Below, one piece after another: positions 1 to 11,598 of a DNA stretch of 64,000 bases (position 1 is its first letter; each line of letters starts with the position of its first letter). The stretch is from positions 14,005,542-14,069,541 of the forward strand of contig OZ316896.1 of assembly GCA_973895155.1 (NCBI GenBank), in the 5' to 3' direction. This DNA comes from Marsupella aquatica. Taxonomy: Eukaryota > Plantae > Marchantiophyta. Position numbers and translations under genes: made by a program. Under the pieces are notes generated by a model. It made no database searches. It was not told where the DNA came from and saw nothing but the letters and a program-made list of their open reading frames with translations.

Positions 1-498
1 TGCAATAAAACATACATGCAACTCTGTATCGAGAACAATTCGCCAGTACATTTTTGTCCAACATCTGAAGAACACAACACGTACTTGGGAGAGAATGAGA
101 CGACCACCGTTCTAGAGGGCCTTGTCCAACTTTCAATCAGAGAAGAGTGACCTCTTTATAAGCCAAGGCGGAAGCATTTTAGTCAGAAAAGTCTTTACAT
201 GAAATCAAATTCTGTGGTTACATTGACAAAGAGCTTGGCAAGTAAGTACAATTCACTTTGTCAGACAACGTTATGGCAAAACCCATAACAAGGTATTTGC
301 AGGTCAAGTGTGGACGAAGAAATGTGAGGGCAACGGGCCTACCTTCGAACTGGGCATTGCAACCGCTGGTACTTATTTTTGGAGTTAGAAGCCCTTTCTT
401 CCAACTTTGGTAGATGATACAATCATAGAACACAATGGTCGGCTGTCCAGATTTCTATAATAGTTTTACAGTTGCAGGAAAGGTGATTGTTACAAGCC

Positions 499-2557
499 CT
501 ACAACAAAAGCAGACTTCCTTCCTTCAGGAGGACGAACAAGCTGCCGCCATCGCCACGCGAGATTCGAAGATCCTCATCCAGGTACGTGGTCAAAAGCCA
601 AGATTGAGCCTTGTCCGCCTGAATAGGAAACTTCAAAGGAGGCTGGCCGGAGATGGTTCGCACCACGGACGTTGCAGCGTCCTGCAACGGGCGCAGAATG
701 CCTTGGAAAGATACCAGGTCGATCTTTTGTCCGAGAACCTCCACACTATCCGGGATTTCAATGGAGTCTGTCAGCTGCGGTGTGCCGATGACACCTTCTT
801 CAAATTTTACCTACAGCCAAGGAAACAAACTTTCAATACGAGATCTAACTTAGTGAACTTGCCAGAACTAGCCCCAAATGTCCGATCCTTTCTGTTCGTG
901 TACAACATGCAGGCATCTATCGGAGTGCACATCGTTCTTCCAGGGTTTTAGAGAGATTAACTTCATCACCCAGGATTGCGAAAACAAGGTAAACCGTTTC
1001 GTTGTGGTCAAATTTGGACTATCATGATTACAATATTGATAAAATGTCCCCGACTATTGAAGTTCTCAAAAATATAAAGCGGGTACCCAGCAGCGACTAT
1101 CGTTACTCACGTTATGATGCCGAAAAAGTAGAGAACAACGATAAACAAGAGAAACCAGTGAGTTCTCTAAAGCCAATATTTGCACTATTGAAAATGCATG
1201 AGCAAAAATGCGCGTCATTCCACATTTATGCAGAAGAGAAGAAGTAGAAAGAAACAAAATCCGTAGAGAAGGACCCACCTGAACTCGCTTTGGGCTCCGG
1301 ACTTCAAATACTCCAGAATTGCTGAATGACGTCGTTGCCAAAGGACCAGTGAAAGACACAGTGTTTTGGATAGTGAAGGCCGCCGAGTCGAATGTCTGTG
1401 AGATCTCTCCCACTTTTACCAAAGGTAAATTGCCAGCGGCTAGGAGGGGAAATAGCTCAGAAAATGAAGTGTACCTGAACGCAAGCCATGTAACAAGACC
1501 CTTGTGAATCACAAAACAGAACCCTTAAGATCTCATTCAAGGTCGCTTTACAGTGTCAGTAAGACGGAATGTGACGATTCTCAGCATCACACACTTGCAA
1601 CAGACTTTCAGGCAAACGAGAAGGAGGAGTCAAATGGAGGATGAATTCAAAAAGCTTCCAGATGATTCCTCTGACGGACGAATTGATATTAAAAGCACTA
1701 CGCAAATACCCGAAATCCCTCCACATAAAGAAGCATTTTCTCTCAGCAGGATTGCTCTACCGTCACATTAGATGACCTCGAACAGTTGAGATAAAGGACA
1801 GTGCACAAATTCTTCGAAGAGATATCGTGCACCGAAGACAATGTGCGTAAATCTTCCAAAAATTACAAGGTGAGAACACCGTTTTCATTCGTAGCAGACA
1901 AGCCACGGTGATTGTGGGTGCACCAACCAAAATCAGGAAACAACAGAGCAAGATTCCACGTGCAACGGAAAGTCTGAAGAGGTGCTCGGCATTAGGAGGA
2001 GGAAGGAGAGGCATTTGACTGAAACCACTTGTAGGAAGAAGAAGAAGACGGGGTGGAGCGAAAACATACGCCAAAATCCATTTTCCATTCAAAAGGTTCA
2101 CTGATTCTGTGGGAGCCGCTGTTGGATTCTTAGACTCGAGCTGAGTAATTATCTCCACTATCTCTCCACGCGTTTCGCTACTCGCACGCAATCCACGATC
2201 AGTTCCATACAGAGTATCAACCAATGTCTGCTTCAAATCCTCGACAGAAACAGAATCCTCTTTCACCGCAGTCGTACTTTCGTCGCTCGGACCGTCGTAG
2301 GTAGGGTCTGCTACAGGCCCGAGACCCGACGGTCCGATGGCAGGGGGCACGTGCTGTGAGTTGCGTTTGCTCTCTCTTGCAGGGGTACTTTTGGAAGATA
2401 ATCTAGCCGAAAACCTAAGGTTCAATGTGGTCTGCGAAAACACGACCGACGCGGGCGCGTTTGGAGACAGATCCCGTTGTTCCACACTCTTAGCTCCTGA
2501 CTTCTGCAAACTCAAGGCGCTACTACTGCAACAACAGCTTACCAACCCCGCAGCCAT
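499..2557 (-). CDS. FBN1: Plastid fibrillin / plastid lipid-associated protein (FBN1/PAP group), 3 exons, ~331 aa
   Basis: Exons 2070-2557, 1279-1474 and 499-810 join in frame at GT-AG sites (996 nt). The protein has a Ser-rich transit peptide and the fibrillin motifs '[31 protein letters not shown]', '[16 protein letters not shown]', '[16 protein letters not shown]' and '[29 protein letters not shown]'. Confidence 0.93.
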
Positions 2558-3185
2558 TTCGTCAGCTCGACTCACTCTCCTCAAGGAATGAGAAGCAATT
2601 CTGCACGACAAAGCTTCTCTCCACCTTCTCTAACGATTCGCTCGTATCGCAACTCTCCTTCGCCCCCAGAGGACAGCAACAATCTTCCGCGAGCTTCTAC
2701 AAGCTTCCACTCCGTCGTCTTCGAGAAGTCAGACGAGTCAGACTTGCTACACCGGCGTTATCAGTAGTGAATCTCAACAGTAAGGTGAAAGAAAGAGCTC
2801 GCGAAAATCACAACTGCTCGGGCAGCCAATAGAGAGCGGTCCGAACTGCTCTAAGCGAAGCGTTGGGTGCTCAAATTCGATTTTCAGCTCGATCCTCACC
2901 TCAAACGCAGTCCTAGTCGACGTCGTTGTCGAGATTTATATTGTGTGGTTGGCTTCGTCACCTGCCCGTCCAGTCGTCCACCATAGCCAGCGCGGACCTT
3001 TCCTCTCTGAGTGAGTGGTCTCTTGTCTCTTCCGCACTAACGTCCGTGCGGTGTTCACTGCTCAGTCCTACGCACGGTCTATCGTATCGCACCAACGCCC
3101 GCGCGGTGTCCACTGCTCAGTCCTACGCACGGTCTATCGAAAACAGCTCGTATGGTTACTCTAACGACTGGGAAGAGGAACTGCA

Positions 3186-4120
3186 TGCTTTGAAAGCTCA
3201 AGTCAGTGTTCCCTTGTGAACCTTCCACGTGTCACGCACCTGTTTCTTGTTTTCAATTTTGAGGAACTTGCATAGACCACCATAACCCGGAACCACAACC
3301 CGGATGTACCATTTAAATGTTGTTAAGAACTGTCTTTTTAGTTTTAAACAACTTGGATGGACCCCTGTAACCCAAAACAACTTCGATTGTTATGAACTCA
3401 GATAGTATCTTTCATTTTTCTTGTTTTGAATAACTTGGATGGACCACGGTAGCCTGGACAGACCACTGCAAATGTTTCTTTGAACTAGCATATTTCTTGT
3501 GTCTACTTTTGGGTCTCAAAAGCTGTTAGGTCCATCTGAGTTGTATGGTTACACATTGTGGTTCATTCCACACAGTTGGGTGTCTCAATTTGATGGACCT
3601 TAACATCCTAGTTAGGAATTATGGACACAGAAAGTTACAGACACTATGAGCTAACTTTTTGCCATAAGTATTAGTCTTAGGCCATTACCATCACTGTAGA
3701 TGCCGGTGAAAAAGTTATGACCATTCCTTCCAGTTAGAATGCCATCATCCATAATTTCAAAGCCTGTGAGACACCATTAAAAACAGCTTTGTATGGTTCT
3801 TGTAACAAGTGTGAACTGGTATCCATGCTTTCAAAGCTCAAAACACAGTGTTCCCTTGTGAACCTTCCATGTGTCACTAAGTTGTCTTGTTTTCATATTG
3901 AACAACTTGGATGGACCATGGCAACTCGGAAGGACCATTTCAAATGTTGCAGCTATGAACTCAACTAGTTTCTCTTCTGAACAACTTGGACGGACCACCA
4001 CAGCTTGGACAGACCATTGCAAGATTTGCTTTGAACTCAAATACTATCTTTCCTTTGTCCCCAATTTTGGGTCTAAAAAGCTGCTAGGTCCATATGAGTT
4101 GTGTGGTTAAACATTGTAGT
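3186..4120. repeat. Degenerate direct repeat pair (~3186-3560 and ~3826-4120)
   Basis: Both copies start 'catgctt(t/g)..aagctcaa..cagtgttcccttgtgaaccttcca' and end '...aagctg(t/c)taggtccat.tgagttgt(a/g)tggtta.acattgt'. Each contains internal 'aacttggatggacc' subrepeats. Confidence 0.7.
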
Positions 4121-4309
4121 CAGTCATAGCACCAACTTCTCTCTCATTGGTTATAAAGGATTTCTTAAAAACTAAAAAACTAAATTCCTAAGATAGTCCC
4201 CAATGACGTGCTACATAGTATGCCCCTCTCTTTGGCTGCAAAAGCATACACCACCTTCACAAATTATGGTATTTTGCTTGTAACTAGAAAATGAGTTTCC
4301 TCCGCTTTG

Positions 4310-4600
4310 TTGTATATATATAGTTTCCTCGCTTTGTTGTCACACGGGGAGACATGATCCCAAAGGCAGGAGATCCAGTAAGAGGGAGAAACAAGGGAAC
4401 AATCCAGGATGACGACCAAAGAGCCAGAAAAGTTGATAATCCTATACAGTGGCAAAAGAACTAAAACCTTACTAAGCACCTTCTGAAAGCTTGGTAAACT
4501 CATGAGTAGAGTGCATAGGAGGGTCACAAAGGGGATTCTGTCTAGGGGCCTAAAACCAATACTAGCCCTGGCTCTACAAAGAGTAATGCATCTCTTCTAT
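4310..4600 (-). mobile_element. 5'-truncated 3' end of the CRE-like non-LTR element family also found at 23.7 kb and 43.2 kb
   Basis: 'gcataggagggtcacaaag...tctgtctag.ggcc.taaaaccaa' is shared with 23987-24035. A 'gacatgatcccaaaggca' tail motif and a TATATA end match the other copies. Confidence 0.65.
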
Positions 4601-4990
4601 TGCTTTGACATCAGCTTTCAATGATAACAAGATGCCTTGTTCGATTGGAGGGAACACACATGGCTAGCTTCAATCCATTCCCTTTGATTTCCTTACATGT
4701 GCCACAATCTCACGATGCCTTTGCTATGGACTGAAAACCAGTTTTAATGAGATTTTCTTCAATTAGTGTAACTGATCATTGCTTGAGTATGCACCAGTCC
4801 CTCTCTTGGTAATCCTCTGTCCCTCCCGAAGGGTGCCTACAAAAAATTACAAACTCCAACATCCTCTCCTCCCAAAAATCAGCCACTACAAATCAGTGCC
4901 CCCCTCCTTAACAAAATACATAAATTTTAACTCCCCCCACCATCTTGGGAAATATTTGGTGCTCCCTCCTAAAACACATCTTGGATAAAT

Positions 4991-5112
4991 CCTCAAGTGA
5001 GCCTTGTTCATACCTCCACCAGTTGTGCCTGACACCTCCAACTTATCTTGGATGAATGTCCTCAAGTGAGCCTTGTTCATACCTCACCAGTTGTGCCTGA
5101 CACCTCCAACTC
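4991..5112. repeat. Short direct duplication (~52 bp x2)
   Basis: 'cctcaagtgagccttgttcatacct(c)caccagttgtgcctgacacctccaact' occurs at ~4991 and ~5060. Confidence 0.85.
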
Positions 5113-8100
5113 AGGAGGACTGTAAGTGTATATGATTGAAGGTTGACATTTTTTCCATGTATTGGAAATAGTTGGTAGCTCGGCAATGACAGATTATTTG
5201 AAGTGTTCCTTGTAATCAAAGCAAGTAGGATTTCCAATAGCTTCTCAACGGCACAATTACCTGAAATGCTCCTTGTAACAAGAATAACACTCTATGAAAA
5301 GTAAGATTCTGCAACAATTCTCATGCTCATTAATACCCAAGAACAACTCTCTTTGAAAAGCAACATTCTGCAATAATTCTCTTGCAAATTACAATTTTCA
5401 GTAATTCCATCAAGGAAAAATTAGTCAAAGCCGTCCTTGCAACTCTCTGAAAATTAGTTTGAGTACCCCTTGGTTATGTAAGTTTGATGTTAATCAACAA
5501 GTTGATTGAACCAATGAATAGTTGCATATTGGAATAGGTTTGAGTATGGATATGAGAGAACAAAATGAGGAGACTATTCATGGTAACAATCCAAAGTACC
5601 ATTACCTTGGTACTCATATGTCCATACAACCCATGGCCATATGAAATTCCACAGTCCATGCAAAATGCTAAAGTAGCCAAGGGGATTCTTAAGTTCCCTT
5701 GGTATCAATTCACATGGTAACTGAACGGTTTCCTACATGGAGTCCCTTGGTATTCCTATGTCCATAGTAGTCGAATAGTTTCTTATGTTACCATAGAAGC
5801 ATAAGGGTTTCTTTCTATCCATGGTTATTTCAAAAGTTTGTCAATCAAATAGATAATTCAAACAATTTACTGAAAAACATGAATATATCAATGACCACCC
5901 ATTCAAAGGTTGTTTTCTGTTACCCATGCTATACCCATTTCTTTGTTTATTCGAAATGTTACTTTTCATTTTTCCATTGATTTTATAGTTAATAGGTTTA
6001 ACCATTTTTCTTTGCCTTGCCTTCAACACAAATAGCCAAGTGCATAACTAACCTTTCTTGTTAGTGACCAATAATGCTGGTGTGACTCCACGTGCTTCCA
6101 GGGGTTTTGGAAAGGGCTTCCCATGGGGGTTTGTAATCAGGATTCTACAACAACTCTTGCAAATTAGAATTTCTAGTAGCTCTGGTGTAGCAAAATTACT
6201 TTAACCACTCCATGTAACAAGAGCAACGCTCTCTCAAGAACAAGACTTTGCAAGGGCATCCCCGCAAATTGTATAGTCACTTCACAAAGCATTTGTGCCC
6301 CCGGATCTCAAGGTAGTTTGTAGAAAAACTGCATTGCTTTTGTGAAATTAACTTCATTTTGCTTTTGACCATTGCCCAAACGACTCTAGACACTATGAGT
6401 AAAATGTAAAACTCTCACTCTATTCACAATTTCATTTACCATAAAGTCCTACATGACATAAGTATAACCTTAAACTAAGAAGGGAAGAATTAAGATTAAG
6501 AATTAAGATATAGAATTAAGATGGAGGGAAAATGTTAATGGCAGAATGAACCATAATCACCAAATGTTAATGGCATAAATCACCAAAAATTTCTAAAAAC
6601 CTCTTTGTATCATCCCAAGTCTCTTCACCTGGTAGCGAAAGGGTGGGATTTGCACAAAAAGGGAACACTAACCTCAAACGAGGGTGATATTTTAATCAAC
6701 CTCCCCATAGTACTACAATTCATCAGTGCCTGTATTGGTACCCATGGCGCACATGATCAATCAGTCATGCTTCTTTCACCCTGATTTAATCTCAGACAAA
6801 GAAAAAGAATCTCCACTTATGTCCTTGAATGCCAATGTGACCAAGTGGAAGAGAAAATACAGCCAATGAAATTATTCAGGCATCCTAAAATATAATACAC
6901 TATAAAATTTGGACTATCTTTTTGGGTGAGAAAAATTGGAACCTTTAAATATGGAACCAATAAAAGGAAGAAAAAAAAGGGGGAGAGGGAAGTGAAGAAA
7001 CCCAATACAGGCCAGGTATCTGGTGCACAAGGTAAGTACTCACAAGGCAGGTATAGTTGTACCTGCAGGTACAAACATATGAACTCATTAGTACCCTTGG
7101 GAGCCCCAAGTACAAGGTACAAAGAATAGAGGTCCTGTAAGAAGGTATAGTTGTACCAGCAGAGTATAACTTTTAAGAGAGAGGGAGGCCCATAGCTTCT
7201 TTCCCTTTGGAGCTCTCTATTCCAAGCCTATGTGAGTTCATAAGGGGGCCCTAGTATTTAATGAGGGCTTTTAAACAACAAGAACTACTGAATCCCACTA
7301 GAGGGAGAGCAATGAGACGATGAGGGAGAGTGACTCCTGGAAACTACAATGACTCCTGAGACCCTCGCCCTCGCCTGGATCCAAACAACTTATATTTTAG
7401 GTGCCAAATTTTGCCATTTGCACCTTCCCAAAATGTGCTCACCACTTTTCACACCACTTTTGCCAAAAATATTAACTTTTATAATAAGCAGTTGCGCGTA
7501 TTTTTGCCGTGGTCGTCATTTGAATTACCGGGGTTTATTGGGTGACAAAATCCAGCACCTGGAAAAACGGAAGCAATAATTAGACAAAAAAATGGTTTGC
7601 AGGGCTGCACGACACTCTCTCCCTTGCGCTCCCATTCTCCCAAAGTTGCAACCGCTTTCTCCCTCCTCAGCCTGACTTGGAGCCGTTAAACACCAAACCC
7701 CCCGCGCCCCGATGATGCCCCTTCTTTTGGTGCCTGGCCCTCTGCATCCATCCCTCGGGCACCCCTACTCCGACATCCCAACTCGCCAAGATGCGGCTGT
7801 CAGCCCCTGTCAACTGACGCTTGCACCCTACTCGCCCGCCCCCGCCTGGACCAACTTGCCTCCTCAACGCCCGACGCCCGACTCCCGACTCCCTGCTTCG
7901 ATTCCCGACTCGCGACTCCCTCCCTTGACTCTGTGCCACCCCTCGACACCGAATGCAACTCCCTGCCTTGAGGCCTGCCTCAAAGCCCTGCCTTGACGCT
8001 GCCTCAAGCCCTGCCTCCCAAGTCGACTCCCGACTCCTTGCGGCGATAAGGGGGCAACAAGGGAGCAATGAGGCGACAATGGGGACTGGCCAGGGGGGAG

Positions 8101-8599
8101 CGATGGAGGGTGCCTCAATGGAGGGAGTGACAAAGGGAGCGACGACGGAGAAGTTAAGCAAGCGGAGAGGGAGCAATGATGAGTGACAACAAGGGAGTGA
8201 TGACAGGGGAGAGCAACGAGGGAGCGGTGACAATGACAAGTCTGGAGACAACCCTAGCCCTTGCCTGGACCCAACATCCCAGGTGGAATGAAACTCGAGA
8301 CCCCAGGGTCCCATCTTCAACCCTCAGTCAAATTTATGCCCCGGGTTCCAACTTCATAACAAGCCCTTGGTTGCCATGATCACTTGCCACCTTATTTAGA
8401 ACTCAAATACGCATGGGTTAGGGTCCAAAAAGTTGGGACCAAATGTGGTCCAACGGTGCAACGTCCCCATAAGTGATATATGAAGGGACCATCTCTTCTC
8501 AAATATCCAATTATATTGAATGGACAGTTTTACAAACCACACCACCACCCCATGGGTGCATGGTGTTCGAGAGTAAGGAGCTAAGTAAATTTGGATGAG

Positions 8600-9130
8600 G
8601 TTACCAAAGGGGTTTCATGCAAAGGGCAAGAAAAGGTCTGTTGAAAAGTGGGCTGAGCCGTGCCGTTGCCCCAAGGGGTTGTGACATTGGGGCAGCCAAA
8701 AGCCAAGTAAGCGACCTGGGGCGACTTTAAGCAATTAAACTAAGCTTAAAGTAACAAAAATTGGGGTTACCAATGGGGTTTGAGGATGTAAGTAGTGACC
8801 AAAAAGGGCCATTGAAAAGTCAGCCAAGATCTGCAGTTGCCCCAAGGGGTCTCGGCATTGGGGCGACCAAAGCTAAGTAAGTGATTGGGGGCAACTTTAA
8901 CCAAACTAAGCTTAGAGTAATCAAAATTGGGCTTACCAATGGGATTCCAGGATGCAAGGGGTAGGAAAAAGAGCCATTGAAAAGTCAGGCAAGCCATGCC
9001 ATTATCCCAAAGGGCCTTGGCATTGGGGCGGCCAAAGCCAAGGAGGTGGTCGCAACGATTTAAGTTCAAAAGCCTATAGTATCCAAAAAGTTGGGCTTAC
9101 CAATGGGGTTTCAAGATGCAAGGGGTAGCA
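8600..9130. repeat. Degenerate tandem repeat, ~170-bp unit, ~3 copies
   Basis: The block 'ttgaaaagt...gccccaagggg...cattgggg...ccaaagc...aagcttaaagtaa...ttggg(g/c)ttaccaatgggg' recurs. Confidence 0.75.
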
Positions 9131-9740
9131 TAACAACATCATTGGCGGCACAACATCTATTTACTTGACGATGATTTTTTACTTGATGACATATTGGGCA
9201 ACACAACATCCTTTTTCTTCACAACATATTTCATGTAACAACATCTTGGACAACACAACATCTTTTATCTTAATGACATCTTGGGCACCACAATATCTTT
9301 TGTATTAACGACATCTTGGGCGACACAAGTTCTTTTCTCTTAACACAACATCTTAGGTGACAAAACATCTTTTTCTCTATGACATCTTGGGCTACGCAAT
9401 GTCTTTTCTCTTAATGACATCTTGGGCACCACAACATCTTTTTTATTAATGACATCTTAGGCAGCACGACTTCTTTTCTCTTAACACAACATCTTAGGCA
9501 ACATGAGATCTTTTTCTCTATGACATCTTGGGTGACACGACATCTTGGGCAAGACGACATCATTTTTCTCAACAACTTCTTGGCCAGCTCAACATCCTTT
9601 GTCGTAATGACTTCTTGGCCGACACGACATCTTTTTTCTCAATGACATCTTGGCCAACACAACATCTTTTTCTCAAAGATGTCTTGGCCGACATGACATC
9701 TTTTTTCTCAACGACATCTTGACCGATACAACATCTTTTG
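9130..9740. repeat. Degenerate minisatellite, ~33-bp unit (gacatcttgggcgacacaacatcttttt...), roughly 15-18 copies
   Basis: The motif 'gacatcttgg..(g/a)cacaacatcttttt' repeats throughout the interval. Confidence 0.85.
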
Positions 9741-9752
9741 TGCAGCGCACGA

Positions 9753-9933
9753 GTATTGAGCTAATTCACAATAAAAAATCCATCCATCATGGCAACATCA
9801 AATACTGGCACAAGCTAAGTCTATAATCTCCAGCCCACTCAATATATTGAGCTAATTCACAATAAAAATCCATCCATCATGGCAACATCAAGTACTAGCA
9901 CAAGCTAAGTCTATAATCTCCAGCCCACTCAAT
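9753..9933. repeat. Near-perfect ~90-bp tandem duplication
   Basis: 'tattgagctaattcacaataaaaa...caagctaagtctataatctccagcccactcaata' occurs twice in a row. Confidence 0.9.
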
Positions 9934-10986
9934 AATGACCCGTAGGCACTCATAGAGCAGTTTTTGTGTATGGAAATGGCAAGGTATTTCTGGCCATAAC
10001 AGTGTAGGAGTATTTGAACCTCATGAGATGGTGGGAAATTGCCCTCATGCATGGAGTAGGCTCTTCTCTTCCAGCCTCTCCCAAGTTCTTATACATAAAC
10101 TATTTTCTTTCATTTCCCAATACCAATTTGACAACTGGAAGATCATAGCTCACTAGCAGGTAGGCTTGGTTTTTCATTGGGGACGGATAGATATCCCTTC
10201 ATTTTCTCATCTGAACTAACGGACAGATCTAAATTTAATCTCCTAGAGTTTTCCCTAGAGAGCTCGTCCAGAATTTGCCCAGGGACCTAGGATTACTTGT
10301 TGGTTGTCAACGTTGTTTTTTGGTATGTGGGTTAGCTACACTGATTACCGTAATTAATCTCACACACAGTATTTGGGAACAAAGGTTTTTCAAAGCTATC
10401 ACCATAATTAATGTGTGTGAGACTATATAAGAAGTGAGACTAAATACATGTTATTCTAAATTAGAGTAAGTGAGATTATTTTTGGTCACACTCAAATAGT
10501 GTGTGATGAACACATATTATGTATATAGCTTATGAAAAGTACAAATATTTCTAGTAGTAAGTTATATTTGCAATGGCATATAAAATTAAAAATGGATGTC
10601 AATTGAAAGTCAGATTTTATTCAAGTATGATGAAATGAAAACCAGGTTATAAATACAATCAAAATCAAATTAGAACCAATGACAATAGACTGAACTCTTT
10701 ACTTGTATTAAATATTTATATTTTTTCAGATTTGTAGTCACACTCTTATTAGTGTGTGTGATACTATTTATGTAGGGAGACTATATAAGTTATGATACTA
10801 ATTAGGGTAAACAGTGTAGCGTACAATAATAACCTAACGTATACCGGTCTGCAGGCTTTTGTAGGCAGTACCGGTAACGACCTTCTTTCTTGGAGGGAGT
10901 GCCCGTTCCCCTTTCACCCCCTTCCCGCCCCCTTCCCGCCCCTAAAGCAGGGGCGCTGCCCGGGAGCGGGCAGGAGAGAGCGACCT

Positions 10987-11043
10987 AGAACCTTCCATGC
11001 TTCCAGAGTATTTCGGAACATCATGCTTCCTTCGCGAACATTC
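10987..11043 (+). promoter_or_regulatory. Heat-shock element cluster upstream of ROF1
   Basis: A perfect three-unit HSE, TTCgcGAAcaTTC, lies at 11031-11043. aGAAccTTCc lies at 10987-10996, with further TTC/GAA half-sites between them. ROF-type FKBPs are known heat-inducible genes. Confidence 0.7.
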
Positions 11044-11598
11044 ATCGTGCTCCTCCTAAAGCCCCATAAACCGTAATCTAATCCATCTATTGCAACACCT
11101 TTGGGTCGGTTTGGTGCATCCGTTTGCAATTCGCAGTTGATCTCTCTACCTTCTAGCTGCCGCACGCATCTCCTCGTATTGTTTAAGGTTCTGTGCTCGC
11201 GGTCCTTTGCACCGCACTCAGAGCATTTTTTTTCGGCTTAAGTGTGGATGTGAAGCGGTCGTTACAGGTTCCCGCAGCATTTGCCCTCGGCCTTCGTTCT
11301 GCTTGCTTGCTTGCCTTGCGCTATCCCATTTTTGGTTCATTTCTGCGTTTTGGAATATCTCGGTTGGTGCGTCGTTCTTTTGTTTCTCCCTCTTCTTTCC
11401 AACCCGTCGGATCTGTTTGCGTGCCTGGGACTTTTTTTAGGCCGTCACTGAGATTGCCAATCCAACTATTCTTGGAGATTTGAATTGTTCTTCCGGGTTC
11501 GAAGACGATCGCTTGATTGTCTGGAAGGTTTCAGGACCTAGGGTTTCAACAGTTGCCTGCCTGCTTTTCCTTTGCGTGTGAGCGCTAAGAGCGTCGCG

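Noticed and set aside
487-951. 154-aa plus-strand ORF
   Set aside because: It is the antisense shadow of fibrillin exon 3.
6900-7260. Possible RTE-like LINE 3' end (minus-strand 'SHRLGIE')
   Set aside because: A single short motif is not enough to call a feature.
7667-8379. 217-aa ORF and overlapping ORFs
   Set aside because: This is GC-rich, low-complexity repeat DNA that is open in several frames and has no recognisable domain.
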